Part shown: piece after piece, positions 1-9,845 of the stretch
Numbering within the stretch: the first letter of the stretch is position 1
Layout of the letters: each line of letters begins with the position of its first letter
Assembly (NCBI GenBank): GCA_044220955.1
Contig: JBGAQA010000034.1
Span: 14,446 to 67,004 of the forward strand
Direction: 5' to 3'
Source of the DNA: Sandaracinaceae bacterium
GTDB taxonomy: Bacteria; Myxococcota_A; Polyangia; Polyangiales; Sandaracinaceae
Length of the DNA stretch: 52,559 bases
Position numbers and translations under genes: made by a program
Notes under the pieces: generated by a model
Told to the model about the DNA's origin: nothing
The model's input: the letters and a program-made list of their open reading frames with translations, nothing else
Databases searched by the model: none

Positions 1-1
1 C

Positions 2-220
2 ATCTACAACGTCACGACGGGACGCACGTTCTTCGACGACCTCGAGAGCCCCCGCGACCGCATCATCGCGCACATGAACCGCGACCCGCTGGAGGATCCG
101 GCCCGCACGAGCACGTACCCGGCGGCGCTGATCAAGCTGCTCCGCGCCGCCACCGCCAAGGATCCGAAGGATCGCCCGATGCCCCTCGAGTTCGGGCGCG
201 CCTTCGCCAACACCCTCTGA
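2..220 (+). CDS. 3' end of a Ser/Thr protein kinase (partial, runs off the window start)
   Basis: Frame 2 translates as IYNVTTGRTFF...LIKLLRAATAKDPKDRP...TL*, matching Hanks kinase subdomains IX-XI. Not in the ORF track because the start lies upstream. Confidence 0.7.
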   Translation: MYNVTTGRTFFDDLESPRDRIIAHMNRDPLEDPARTSTYPAALIKLLRAATAKDPKDRPMPLEFGRAFANTL

Positions 221-238
221 CTCGGCGAACGGGCCTAT

Positions 239-1066
239 TCAGAGGTCGACCTGCTGGACGGCGAGGCCCTCGACGTCGGCGCCCAGGAAGCGCGCCGCGA
301 CCTCGGCGAACTTCGCGGGACGGTCGGTGACGAGGAGCTCGAGGGCGCCCTCGCCGTCCGTCCGGGCGAGGCCGCGTTCCTCGAGCAGCACGCCGAGCTC
401 GGCGGCCGCCGCGACGCCGCTGTCCACGATCGCGATCGGCTCGCCCGCGAGCGCTCGAGCCTCTTCCTCGACGATCGCCTCGAAGAGCGGGTAGTGCGTG
501 CAGCCGAGCACGAGCGTGTCGATGCCCGTGCGGACGAGAGGCTCGATGTACTTGCGCACGGCGAGGCGGGGCACCTCGCCGTCGAGCCATCCCTCTTCCG
601 CGAGCGGCACGAGGAGCGGCGCAGCCCGCTGCGTGACCTCGGCGCGCGAGTCCACGCTCGCGGCGGCGCGCGGATACGCGTTGGACGCGACCGTGCCCGC
701 CGTCGCGATGACGCCGATCCTGCCGCCGCGGCTGGCCCGCACCGCCGCCCGCGCGCCCGGCTCGATCACGCCCAGCACGGGCATGTCGAGCTCCACCCGC
801 AGCATGTCGAGCGCGACGGCGCTGACGGTGTTGCAGGCGACGACGAGCATCTTGACGCCGCGCCTCTCGAGCATGTGCCCGCAGGTGCGCGCGTAGCGGA
901 TCACGGTCTCGGCGCTTCGCGTCCCGTAGGGGACCCGCGCGGTGTCGCCCAGGTAGATGAGCTTCTCGTGCGGGAGCGCGAGCCGGATCGCCCGCGCGAC
1001 GGTCAGGCCACCCAGCCCCGAGTCGAACACGCCGATCGGTGCCTCGCGGTCCAGCGTCCGGGTCAT
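239..1066 (-). CDS. murI: glutamate racemase
   Basis: IGVFDSGLGG, PYG, VACNT and LGCTHY motifs, including both catalytic Cys. Confidence 0.97.
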   Translation of the reverse strand: MTRTLDREAPIGVFDSGLGGLTVARAIRLALPHEKLIYLGDTARVPYGTRSAETVIRYARTCGHMLERRGVKMLVVACNTVSAVALDMLRVELDMPVLGVIEPGARAAVRASRGGRIGVIATAGTVASNAYPRAAASVDSRAEVTQRAAPLLVPLAEEGWLDGEVPRLAVRKYIEPLVRTGIDTLVLGCTHYPLFEAIVEEEARALAGEPIAIVDSGVAAAAELGVLLEERGLARTDGEGALELLVTDRPAKFAEVAARFLGADVEGLAVQQVDL

Positions 1067-1076
1067 CCGAGGGCCC

Positions 1077-2228
1077 TCATGGCGGAGACACCGGGAAGAC
1101 GCAGCGCCCGCTCGCGCAGCGCGACGTCACGCACTGCGCGCTCGAGTCGCACGTCGCGCCCACGGGGCGCTGGTTGAGGCAGAAGAGGAGCGAGCCACCC
1201 GTCGGTGTCGTGATCGGCGCGCAGTACACGGCCTCGCGCGCCTGATCGGCGTCGACCGACGCGACCACGCAGTCGCTGCGCGACTCGCACGTCGCGGTGC
1301 ACACTCCCGCCGTGTCGTTGAGGCACGCGATCTCCGGGTGGCAGGGCATGCCTGGGTTGCACGGCGCTCCGACGGCCCCGAGGGGCGCGCACATTCCCGC
1401 GGCGTCGCACTCGAAGTCGAGCCCGCCGAAGCCCGCGATGGGGTAGCCGTCGAGGATGTCGCAGCCGAGCGGCCCGGCTGCGTCGGCCTGCGCGCAGGTG
1501 AACGTGCAGGTGCGCAGGCCGCTGGCGAGCTCCTGGCAGCGGCCTTCGTAGCACTCGGAGTCGTCGCGACACGGAAGGCCCCGCCAGCCGATCAAGCACG
1601 CGCTCCGCCCCGCCGCGCCGAGCACGGAGCCGAGGCCCTTCACGCAGGCCATGCCCGGGGGGCAGCGATCGTCGGTCTGATCGCAGCTCGGGACGCAGAT
1701 CCCGTTGTTCAGGAAGTAGCCAGCGCCGCAGCGATCGCCCTCCGGCGTGGCGATGCACACCGAGTGGTCGGCCGAGAAGCTCGTCGTGCCGCTGCTCGAG
1801 GGGAGCTGGAAGACGGCGTTGACGCAGTCCTGGTTCGGGCCGGTGCAGTCGCTCGACACCGAGCAGCCGGCGGCCGGCATGCACAGGCCCTCGCCGGTGA
1901 ACCCGTTGCGCCTCACACAGGCCAGTCCGCCCGCACAGCCGCGATCGAGCGCTCCGTCGCTCGCGATGCGGCACGTGTCCCAGCACACGCCGGACGAGGT
2001 ACAGAACCCCGAGGGACAGCCCGCTCCCGGATTCGCGGGGTCGCAGGCGGGGCGGCAGACGTCGTGGCCGAGCACGCCGAGGTCGGCGCAGACCCAGCCG
2101 TCGATGCAGTCCTGATCGTTGTCGCAAGGAAAGGGCTGGCTGGTGAGGTCGGGCGACGGGACGACGCAGCCCACGACCACGGCCACGACCAGCAGCGCGA
2201 GCGCTCCGCTCCCCGCGATGCGGCGCAT
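1077..2228 (-). CDS. Cys-rich lipoprotein
   Basis: ATG 2228 overlaps the upstream stop (TGATG). Signal MRRIAGSGALALLVVAVVVG-C, then many CxxDxDC-type repeats. C-terminal part of ORF 1077..3017. Confidence 0.8.
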   Translation of the reverse strand: MRRIAGSGALALLVVAVVVGCVVPSPDLTSQPFPCDNDQDCIDGWVCADLGVLGHDVCRPACDPANPGAGCPSGFCTSSGVCWDTCRIASDGALDRGCAGGLACVRRNGFTGEGLCMPAAGCSVSSDCTGPNQDCVNAVFQLPSSSGTTSFSADHSVCIATPEGDRCGAGYFLNNGICVPSCDQTDDRCPPGMACVKGLGSVLGAAGRSACLIGWRGLPCRDDSECYEGRCQELASGLRTCTFTCAQADAAGPLGCDILDGYPIAGFGGLDFECDAAGMCAPLGAVGAPCNPGMPCHPEIACLNDTAGVCTATCESRSDCVVASVDADQAREAVYCAPITTPTGGSLLFCLNQRPVGATCDSSAQCVTSRCASGRCVFPVSPP

Positions 2229-3331
2229 CAGAACGCGCCCCCCACCGCCACGAACGCACCGCCGACGAGCGGCGTGATCGACCCCGTCACGCTCGGCGGC
2301 GTTCCCTCGTCCTCGATCGCCGCGAGGACGAGCGGAACCAGCGCTCCCGCGGTCGCCGCGGCGGCGACGCCGAAGCAGACGTCGGCGGCGATCGCCTCGT
2401 TCTGGCGCGCCGCGTAGTAGCCCTGCACCTCGCGCTGCGTCGCGTCTTCGGGCGGGCGCCCCGTCGACGAGACGCCGAGCCCGATGCCGCCCGCGAGGGA
2501 CGCGAGCGCGACGCCGCCCAGCGCCCACGTCAGCGCGGGCACCTCGAAGCCGTGGTGCGGCAGCGCCGCGAGCTCGGCCTCCAGGGCGAACGTGGTCCCC
2601 GACTCGACGTCGATCGTGCGCCGGTACGTGGTGTGACCGCTCGCGGCGACCGACACCTCGTGCCGCCCTGGCTCCACCAGGTCGCGACGGACCGGCTCGC
2701 CCGCGACGACCGTGCCGATCACCGCTCCGTCGAGCCAGACCTCCGCGCCCTCGACGGAGGCACGGACCACGAGGCGGCCGGGCTCGATCGTCTCGACGTA
2801 GAGGTCGGCCACCGACTCCGGCAGGGAGCGGACGACGGCGCCGAGATCGCCCTCGACCTCCCGGAACACGCGCCCGAGCGTCACGCCCGTTCTCAGGTCG
2901 ATGCGGTTGAGGGCGAACGCCCAGGTGGTGCCGTGGTGTCCGATGGTGCCGGCGATCGCCTCCCGGACGCCGAGGGCCACGCCCACGCGGCCGAGGCAGG
3001 TGATGGACTCGAGGCACTCGGCCGTGCTGGCGTCGCCCTGACCGAGCTGGGCCTGGAACTCCTCCTTGCCGACGATCGTGGCGCCGCCGCGCTGCGCGAC
3101 GGCCGCGATGAGCAGCTCGGTCAGCGCGTCCGCGACCGAGGCCTCCACGTCACCCGAGGGAAGCAGCAGCACGGCGATCGGCTCGGAGGCCGGAGCCGCG
3201 TGCTCGGGCGGCTCGGGGAGCGAGCCTTCGTCCGGCGCGCCGCCGTCCTGTGCGCTCGCGTCCGCCGCCGCCCCGAGGACGAGCACGAGCGCGAGGGCGC
3301 CCCTGCCGACCGTTTCGAGCGCGCGAGCCAT
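2228..3331 (-). CDS. PEGA-domain exported protein
   Basis: Signal peptide ending ASA-Q; PEGA motif GRLVVRASVEGAEVWLDG...PGRHEVSVAASGH; hydrophobic C-terminal segments ending VGGAF. Alternative start at 3340. Confidence 0.8.
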   Translation of the reverse strand: MARALETVGRGALALVLVLGAAADASAQDGGAPDEGSLPEPPEHAAPASEPIAVLLLPSGDVEASVADALTELLIAAVAQRGGATIVGKEEFQAQLGQGDASTAECLESITCLGRVGVALGVREAIAGTIGHHGTTWAFALNRIDLRTGVTLGRVFREVEGDLGAVVRSLPESVADLYVETIEPGRLVVRASVEGAEVWLDGAVIGTVVAGEPVRRDLVEPGRHEVSVAASGHTTYRRTIDVESGTTFALEAELAALPHHGFEVPALTWALGGVALASLAGGIGLGVSSTGRPPEDATQREVQGYYAARQNEAIAADVCFGVAAAATAGALVPLVLAAIEDEGTPPSVTGSITPLVGGAFVAVGGAF

Positions 3332-3385
3332 CGGGCGCATGGTACGCGGCCTCTCCGGCCATCTGCTACCCTAGCGCATCGACTC

Positions 3386-5410
3386 ATGGCTGGTTTCGCC
3401 GAGATCCTCGTCATCGACGACCTGCAGGAGCGTCGCGAGGCGGTCGTCTCGGCGATCGGCCGTCGTGAGGGGGGCCCGGCGGGCATCGTGCACCAGGCCG
3501 CCACGCTCGCGGCGGCCCTCGCCCACCTCGAGACCGACCCCGCCGCGGTCGTGCTGATCGCCTGCGGATCCCGCCCGGAGGAAGAGCTCTCCGCGCTGCG
3601 CAGCCTGCGCGTGGCCGTGCCCGCCCAGACCACGACCGTGCTCGCCGTCGCGCACGCCGACGTCGACGCCCGCTCGCTCTTCGAGGCGGGCGCCGACGAT
3701 CTGGTGCGCTGGCCGCGCGAGGCGGAGGAGCTGCGGTTTCGCACGCGAGCGCACCTCCGCGTCGCCGAGACGATCGCCGAGCTGGCGGACAAGGAGCGCG
3801 ACGCCAAGGCGCTGCTCGAGCTGACGCAGACCCTCAGCTCGTCCCTCGACTTCAGCGAGATCCTCTACACCGTCGTGCGGCGCATCGCCGACGTGGTGAA
3901 CGTCGATCGCGTGAGCATCGTGCTCGCGCCGGAGAACGAGCCCCTCTCGTTCGGATACGTCGTCGCGGCGAGCGACAACCAGGACATCACGAACCTGCGT
4001 ATCGAGCTCGACAAGTACCCCGAGATCGTCGAGGTGCTGCGCACGCGCTCGAGTCTCACCATCCGCGACGCCGCCACGCACCCGGTGCTCGAAGGCGTGC
4101 GCGACGCCGTCCCGCAGGATCTCCTCGGTGCGCTGACGCTGCTGCCGATCATGTGGCAGGACGAGGCGATGGGCGTGCTCTTCCTGCGCGCCCCTCCCTC
4201 TCGCGGAGCGCTCCGCGCGCGAGAGGTCGAGTTCTGTCAGATCGCGGCCAACGCCACGGCCGTGGCGCTGCGCAACGCGCGCGTGATGCAGACGCTGCGC
4301 GATCAGACCCAGCAGGTGAACTTCGCGCGCTTCGAGGCGGAGCGCCGGCTGCGTGCGCTCAAGCGCTACGCGAACCTCTTCACCTCGGCGGCCGACGGGC
4401 TCGTCGCGGTCGACCAGAACGGCCAGCTCCTGTTCGCCAACCCGCGCGCCTTCGAGATCAGCGGCCTCACGGAGGCCGACCTGCGCGGCAAGCCGTTGCT
4501 GCAGCTGCTCGCACCCGGCGATCGACTGCGGATGCTCCGCATCTGGCGCGGCGTGAGGCAGACGGGCAGCTACCCGCGCGACGTGGATCTGCGCGTCCAG
4601 CTCGGGGGCGGGACGCGGACCTTCAACTGCTCGTTCTCCGCGCTGCTCGAGGGCGACGGGGCCGTGCTCTTCTCGTTCCGCGACGTGACCAAGGATCGCG
4701 CGACCGCAGCCGAGCTCGCCAAGACCAAGGAGTTCCTCGAGTCGCTCATCGACGCGAGCGTGGACGCGATCATCGCGGCCGACATGCGCGGCCGGATCCT
4801 GCTCTTCAACACCGGGGCCGAGCACATCTACGGCTACGCGCAGGCCGAGGTCATCGGCAAGATGAACGTCACAGAGCTCTACCCGCCGGGCATGGCCAAG
4901 GACGTGATGCGCATGCTCCGGGCTCCCGGGCACGGCGGGCCGGGGCGCCTCGAGCCGATCCGCTTCGACGCGCTCGACCGCCACGGGCGCCGCGTGCCCA
5001 TCACGCTCTCGGCCGCGATGATCCTCGACGAGACGGGCCGCCCCTACGCGACCGTCGGCATCTTCACCGACCTGCGCGAGAAGCTGCGCGTCGAGGAGCG
5101 CTTGCAGCAGGCCCAGGAGAAGCTCGCGGTCACCGAGAAGCAAGCCCTCATCGCGGAGCTCGCGGGCACCGCGGCCCACGAGCTCAACCAGCCGCTGACG
5201 AGCGTGATGGGCTACGCCGAGCTGCTGGCCCGCAAGACCACCGCGGGGACGCCCGAGCATCGGGCGGCGAGCGTCATCGTGAAAGAAGCCGAGCGCATGG
5301 CCGACATCGTCCGTAAGATCGGCAAGATCACCAAGTACGAGACCAAGAGCTACGTCGGCGCGCAGAAGATCCTCGATCTCGACCGCGCCGCCGGCGAGGA
5401 CAAGTCGTGA
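3386..5410 (+). CDS. pseudo-receiver/GAF/PAS/PAS protein ending in a HisKA (DHp) domain, with no HATPase domain
   Basis: EILVIDD receiver-like start, GAF, two PAS domains (FTSAADGLV..., IDASVDAIIAAD), H-box AAHELNQPLT. The protein ends about 75 aa later with no N/G1/F/G2 boxes. Confidence 0.85.
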   Translation: MAGFAEILVIDDLQERREAVVSAIGRREGGPAGIVHQAATLAAALAHLETDPAAVVLIACGSRPEEELSALRSLRVAVPAQTTTVLAVAHADVDARSLFEAGADDLVRWPREAEELRFRTRAHLRVAETIAELADKERDAKALLELTQTLSSSLDFSEILYTVVRRIADVVNVDRVSIVLAPENEPLSFGYVVAASDNQDITNLRIELDKYPEIVEVLRTRSSLTIRDAATHPVLEGVRDAVPQDLLGALTLLPIMWQDEAMGVLFLRAPPSRGALRAREVEFCQIAANATAVALRNARVMQTLRDQTQQVNFARFEAERRLRALKRYANLFTSAADGLVAVDQNGQLLFANPRAFEISGLTEADLRGKPLLQLLAPGDRLRMLRIWRGVRQTGSYPRDVDLRVQLGGGTRTFNCSFSALLEGDGAVLFSFRDVTKDRATAAELAKTKEFLESLIDASVDAIIAADMRGRILLFNTGAEHIYGYAQAEVIGKMNVTELYPPGMAKDVMRMLRAPGHGGPGRLEPIRFDALDRHGRRVPITLSAAMILDETGRPYATVGIFTDLREKLRVEERLQQAQEKLAVTEKQALIAELAGTAAHELNQPLTSVMGYAELLARKTTAGTPEHRAASVIVKEAERMADIVRKIGKITKYETKSYVGAQKILDLDRAAGEDKS

Positions 5411-7233
5411 GCGCGCGACCCGGAGGCGACACCACCGAGACGGCGACGGCCCCCGAGGAGCCGACGCGGACGCGACGCGGCGACGGGAGCCTCGACAGCA
5501 TCGTCGCGCCGCGCAGCGACGTGTGGCCCGCGCCATCGCGGCCCTCGATGGAACCTCCGCCCGCATCGCGTCCGTCGATCGAACCGCCTCGCCTCGCACG
5601 GGACACCGAACGATCGTCGTCGGTCCCGCTCGATCGCACGCTCTGGGCGATCGCGTCGCTCTCGCAGGCCGAGCACGGCGGCGCGTCGGACGAGGGGCTC
5701 GTGCGTGCCTTCGTGGACGTCCTGGCCGTGGTCGTGCCCGACGCTCTCGTGCTCGTGCGCCTGATCGAGCCCGATCCGGCCGGACGTGGCGTGCTCGCGT
5801 TCGCGTACGCGAACGGCAAGCTGATCGAGTCGCGTCGCGACGTGCTGGAGCTGACCGAGCATGCGGCGCTCGCGTTCGGCGTCTCGACGCAGGCCGCCCA
5901 GTCGGCGGGCACGGCCCTCGTACCGGTCGCGGGCGCGTACTTCTCCGTCCCGGACGCGACCCACGGCGATCGCGCGGCGAGCCCCGTCGTGGACGTGCCG
6001 CTGGTCGACTCGGGATCGCTGTTCGGGATCGTCACGATCGAGGAGGCGGGCCTGCCGACCTCGCGCGAGGCGATCACGCTGGTCGCGACGCTCGCCTCGC
6101 TCCTCGGCGCGAGCCTGCGCAACGCCCGCCTGGCCCGCGCCGCGACGTTCTTCCGCGACTACCTCGCGCAGACGCTCGAGCACGCGAGCGCCCCGATCTT
6201 CGTGCTCGATCGGACGCGCGTGGTGCGGTCCGCCAACCGCGCTGCGCTGCTCTTGCTCGGGGCGCCGCGCGCGGACGTGCTCGGGAAGGACTTCGCCCAG
6301 ATGCTCCCGCCGCGCGATCAGGAGCGGGCGCTGCCGGTGCTGGCGCAGGCGTTCTCGGGGCGGGCGACGAGCGCGCTCGAGCTGACCGTGCACCGGGGGG
6401 AGCGCGAGCCCGCACGCGTGTCGTGGAACGTGGCGCCGATCTACGACGCCGATGGCGACGCGAGCGCCGTCGTCGTGATCGGGCGCGACCTCACCGAGGT
6501 GCACCACCTCGAGGAGCAGATCCTGCACAACGACAAGCTCGCGACGCTCGGCCAGCTCGCGGCCGGGATCGTGCACGAGCTCAACAACCCGCTCACCAGC
6601 ATCACCGTCTACGGGGAGTACCTGCACGCGAAGTCCGTGCGAGCGGGCGCGGACGGTGGTGACGTCGAGAAGCTGCGCCGAATCGTCGAGGCGTCGGGTC
6701 GCATGACGCGCTTCACGCGCGATCTCGTGACGTACGCGCGCCCCACGAACGAGGAGGAGACGGCGCTCTCGATCCGCGAGGTGTCGCTCGAGGGCGCACG
6801 CTTCTGCGAGCACGTCATGAACGAGTGCAACGTCACGTTGACGACCGACTTCGACGCCGACCTCGCGCCGATCTCGGGCGTGCGCGGGCAGCTCCATCAG
6901 GTCTTCGTGAACCTCGTGACGAACGCGTCGCAGGCGCTGGCCCCGCGCGGCGGCGGCAAGGTGCACATCGAGGCACACCGCGCGACGTCGCCGAAGGGCG
7001 AGGACGAGGTGGTCGTCCGCGTCCGCGACGATGGCCCCGGGATCTCCGCCGAGCACTTGCCCCGCATCTTCGAGCCCTTCTTCAGCACGAAGGGCGAAGG
7101 TCGTGGGACGGGGCTCGGCCTCTCGATCGTGCGCAAGATCGTCAAGGCGCACCGCGGGACGATCGAGGTCACGACGAGCCACGTCGAGGGGCAGTCGGGG
7201 ACGACCTTCGAGATCCGGTTCCCCTCGATCTGA
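5407..7233 (+). CDS. GAF-like/PAS sensor histidine kinase
   Basis: GTGA overlap with the upstream gene; H-box VHELNNPL, N-box QVFVNLVTNA, DDGPG, IFEPFFSTK, GTGLGL. Confidence 0.93.
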   Translation: MSARPGGDTTETATAPEEPTRTRRGDGSLDSIVAPRSDVWPAPSRPSMEPPPASRPSIEPPRLARDTERSSSVPLDRTLWAIASLSQAEHGGASDEGLVRAFVDVLAVVVPDALVLVRLIEPDPAGRGVLAFAYANGKLIESRRDVLELTEHAALAFGVSTQAAQSAGTALVPVAGAYFSVPDATHGDRAASPVVDVPLVDSGSLFGIVTIEEAGLPTSREAITLVATLASLLGASLRNARLARAATFFRDYLAQTLEHASAPIFVLDRTRVVRSANRAALLLLGAPRADVLGKDFAQMLPPRDQERALPVLAQAFSGRATSALELTVHRGEREPARVSWNVAPIYDADGDASAVVVIGRDLTEVHHLEEQILHNDKLATLGQLAAGIVHELNNPLTSITVYGEYLHAKSVRAGADGGDVEKLRRIVEASGRMTRFTRDLVTYARPTNEEETALSIREVSLEGARFCEHVMNECNVTLTTDFDADLAPISGVRGQLHQVFVNLVTNASQALAPRGGGKVHIEAHRATSPKGEDEVVVRVRDDGPGISAEHLPRIFEPFFSTKGEGRGTGLGLSIVRKIVKAHRGTIEVTTSHVEGQSGTTFEIRFPSI

Positions 7234-7303
7234 ACGGAGTGGAGGGGGGGGGCCGCGTATCGGTCCCGGTCGACCGAGCTCGTGCCCGGCGCGGTGAGGG
7301 GGA

Positions 7304-8533
7304 TCAGCTCGCGTCGAGGTCGTCGCGATCGAGCGTGCCCCAGGTCTCGAGCGCCCAGGTGCGATCGGCGTCCTCGGGCAGGATGATCGTGCCGAGCGCG
7401 ACGTGGGGGCCGCAGGCGGCGTGGGCGCGCATCACGACGACCGGCTTGCCGTCCTCCTCGGCCGTCGCGAAGCGGGCGTGTCCGACGATGGGGCCGCGCT
7501 CCATGCGCAGCAGATCGCCCTCACCGGGCAGCTCGGGCAGCCCCGCGAGCACGGCGGCGGTCTCCTCGGTCCCCTCGGCGCGCATCGAGCTCAGCCAGAT
7601 CGTGCGCTGTCGATCCCAGCCGACCCAGGTGCCGTGCGGCTCCCAGCGCTCTGCGAGCTCGCCGGGCACGACGAGGGACCAGCCGCCCGAGAGCGTCACG
7701 CGCACGGCGCCGCGCCGGTAGCCGATCGCGCTCTGCGCGCCGCGACGGCGAGCGGCCTCCGCGAGCACGCCCGCGCGTGTCGCGCGGAGCGAGTCCTCGC
7801 CGAGCAACCCGTAGATCTCCGCAGCCTCGACCCAGGGCAGCTCGAGCTGGGGGGCGAGCCCATGCGCGCGCTCGAGCGCGGTGACGATCCGATCGAGCAC
7901 CGCGCGCTCGCGCTCGTCGACGGGCGCTCGCCAGCGCGCTTCGGTCCACCCGAGCGCGCGAGCGAGGCCCGCGAAGTAGCCCGCGCCGCGCCCGGTGTCC
8001 CACCACGCGAACACGTCCCGGCCCGCGCTCGGGCTCCGACGCACGCGCTCGAGCCACGCGCGATCTCGGGGACCGAGGGGCGTCGCGAGCATGCCCGCGT
8101 GCGCGTACTCGACGCCCTCGGGTAGGAGGATCGCGAAGCCGGTCGCGCCCGCGCGCGCGGCCTCGAGGATCTCGGCCGCCATCGTGCCGAGCCACGCGTC
8201 GAGCCGTGCCTCGAGCACCGCGCGCGCCTCCGCGGGCGGGGCCTTCTCCCAGGCGACGCCGGCCTCGACCCCGGCCGCATCGACCACGGCGCGGACCTCC
8301 TCGTGGTAGCCGGGGCCCGCCGTGCCCGTGTCGGCCTCGACGACGACTCGCAATTCCGCCGGCGCGATACGAACGGGCGCGGCTGCGGGATGCAGCGCGA
8401 TGCGGATCTCCCCCTCGGCGTGCTCGAGCTCGGGCGCGAGCTCGCTCGCGTGCCTCACGATCGCCCGCTCGAGGTCGGCCAGCGCGCGGGGCGGATCGGC
8501 GAGCTCCACGCTCGTCCATCGGAGCTCGAGCAT
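7304..8533 (-). CDS. hypothetical protein
   Basis: 409-aa ORF with protein-like, Trp-rich composition, starting 8 bp downstream of the fur stop. No family recognised. Confidence 0.75.
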   Translation of the reverse strand: MLELRWTSVELADPPRALADLERAIVRHASELAPELEHAEGEIRIALHPAAAPVRIAPAELRVVVEADTGTAGPGYHEEVRAVVDAAGVEAGVAWEKAPPAEARAVLEARLDAWLGTMAAEILEAARAGATGFAILLPEGVEYAHAGMLATPLGPRDRAWLERVRRSPSAGRDVFAWWDTGRGAGYFAGLARALGWTEARWRAPVDERERAVLDRIVTALERAHGLAPQLELPWVEAAEIYGLLGEDSLRATRAGVLAEAARRRGAQSAIGYRRGAVRVTLSGGWSLVVPGELAERWEPHGTWVGWDRQRTIWLSSMRAEGTEETAAVLAGLPELPGEGDLLRMERGPIVGHARFATAEEDGKPVVVMRAHAACGPHVALGTIILPEDADRTWALETWGTLDRDDLDAS

Positions 8534-8541
8534 CGCGGCGC

Positions 8542-8982
8542 TCAGAGCTTGCGCGGCCCGCGCGCGCTCTCGTCCTGCGCGAGCGGCACGCCGTAGAGCT
8601 CGAGGCGGTGATCGACGAGCCGGAAGCCGAGCTCCTCGGCCACCTTCGTCTGGAGCGCCTCGATCGCCGCGTTCTTGAACTCGATGACCCGCCCGCTCTG
8701 CACGTCGATCAGGTGGTCGTGGTGCTCGTCCGGGGCCTCCTCGTAGCGCGCGCGCCCGTCCCCGAAGTCGTGCCGCTCGAGGATGCTCGCCTCCTCGAAG
8801 AGGCGCAGCGTGCGGTACACGGTCGCGAGGCCGATGCGCTTGTCGACCGCCGCGGCGCGCTCGTACACGGTCTCGACGTCGGGATGATCGGTCGCATCCG
8901 AGAGGACGCGCGCGATGACGCGCCGCTGCTCCGTCATGCGGAGGCCCTTCTCGACACAGCGCTTCTCGATGTTCGAGGCCAT
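8542..8982 (-). CDS. fur: Fur/Mur family metalloregulator
   Basis: GLRMTEQRRVI, DHPDVE, LATVYRTLRLFEE and HHDHLID motifs. Confidence 0.93.
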   Translation of the reverse strand: MASNIEKRCVEKGLRMTEQRRVIARVLSDATDHPDVETVYERAAAVDKRIGLATVYRTLRLFEEASILERHDFGDGRARYEEAPDEHHDHLIDVQSGRVIEFKNAAIEALQTKVAEELGFRLVDHRLELYGVPLAQDESARGPRKL

Positions 8983-9085
8983 GACGCGCGACCGTATCAC
9001 AAAGGCCGAGGCCCCCTCGCTCGCGCGCGCGCCTGGCTCCATCGCACGCGGGCTCGGCAGGCGGCGGCTCGCTTCGCGATCCGCC

Positions 9086-9796
9086 TCAGCGGCAGCCGTC
9101 GCGGCCTGTCGCCCCCGCCACGCAGCCGAGGCCGAGCGCGCGGCAGTCGAGCGCGCGTGTGGAGCCGCCGAGGCAATACCGGAGCACGTCGCCCTCGCAC
9201 GTCGGAGGCAGCTCGATCGGATCGCAGTCGGGTGTCGCGGACCTGCAGCCGCCGCTCGCCGTCGGATCGCAGCTCAGCCCCGCGACGCGCGTGCAGTCTC
9301 GCGTGGCCGAGCCCGTGCCTGGCGCCGCGCACGCCACGAGCACGTCACCGTCGCACGCGAGGCCGGCGCCCATGCACGAGGGTCGTGACCCGCCGCAGGA
9401 GTACGCTCCGCCGCGAGGCGCGCAGCTCTCGCCCGGCGCGCAGCCGACGAACGAGACGGTCGAGCAGGAGCCCGAGCCGTCCGCCGTGCACCCGACGGAG
9501 CTCGCGTCGCACACCCCCGCGCTTCCGCAGAACGCGCCGTCGCCGGCCGTGACGATGCACGTCGCCCGCCGCGCCGTGCACGGTCCGACGGCGCCGGGGA
9601 GCCAGCGTCCGCCCACGCAGTCGCCTGGCGTGTCGAACATGCAGCTCGGCCCCTCGGTCGGGCAGCTCGGCGCGCTCGCGGGCGAGAGGTAGGTGGGATC
9701 GACGGCGGCCAGCTCCGCGCAGGAGGTGGCGGCGAGGAAGGCCGGCAGGCGGGTGTCGTCACTGCACGTGGACGGCGAGGGCTCGGTCGAGGTCAA
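9086..9796 (-). CDS. Cys-rich hypothetical protein
   Basis: Repeated CDGDVL/CEGDVL...C units typical of myxobacterial disulfide-rich proteins. The TTG start is uncertain and no signal peptide is visible. Confidence 0.55.
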   Translation of the reverse strand: MTSTEPSPSTCSDDTRLPAFLAATSCAELAAVDPTYLSPASAPSCPTEGPSCMFDTPGDCVGGRWLPGAVGPCTARRATCIVTAGDGAFCGSAGVCDASSVGCTADGSGSCSTVSFVGCAPGESCAPRGGAYSCGGSRPSCMGAGLACDGDVLVACAAPGTGSATRDCTRVAGLSCDPTASGGCRSATPDCDPIELPPTCEGDVLRYCLGGSTRALDCRALGLGCVAGATGRDGCR

Positions 9797-9845
9797 CGCG
9801 GCAGGTCGACGCGAGCTCCCGACCTCCCGGACCGCGGAGCGCTCC

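Noticed and set aside
217..227. CTGACTCGGCG at stop codons (also 52488-98)
   Set aside because: An 11-bp GC-rich match is too short to separate from chance.
5340..5640. Frameshift hiding a HATPase domain for the 3386..5410 gene
   Set aside because: No N/G boxes appear in any frame immediately downstream, and the next gene has its own H-box.
7244..7252. G9 homopolymer as a phase-variation tract
   Set aside because: It lies between convergent 3' ends, not in a promoter or CDS.
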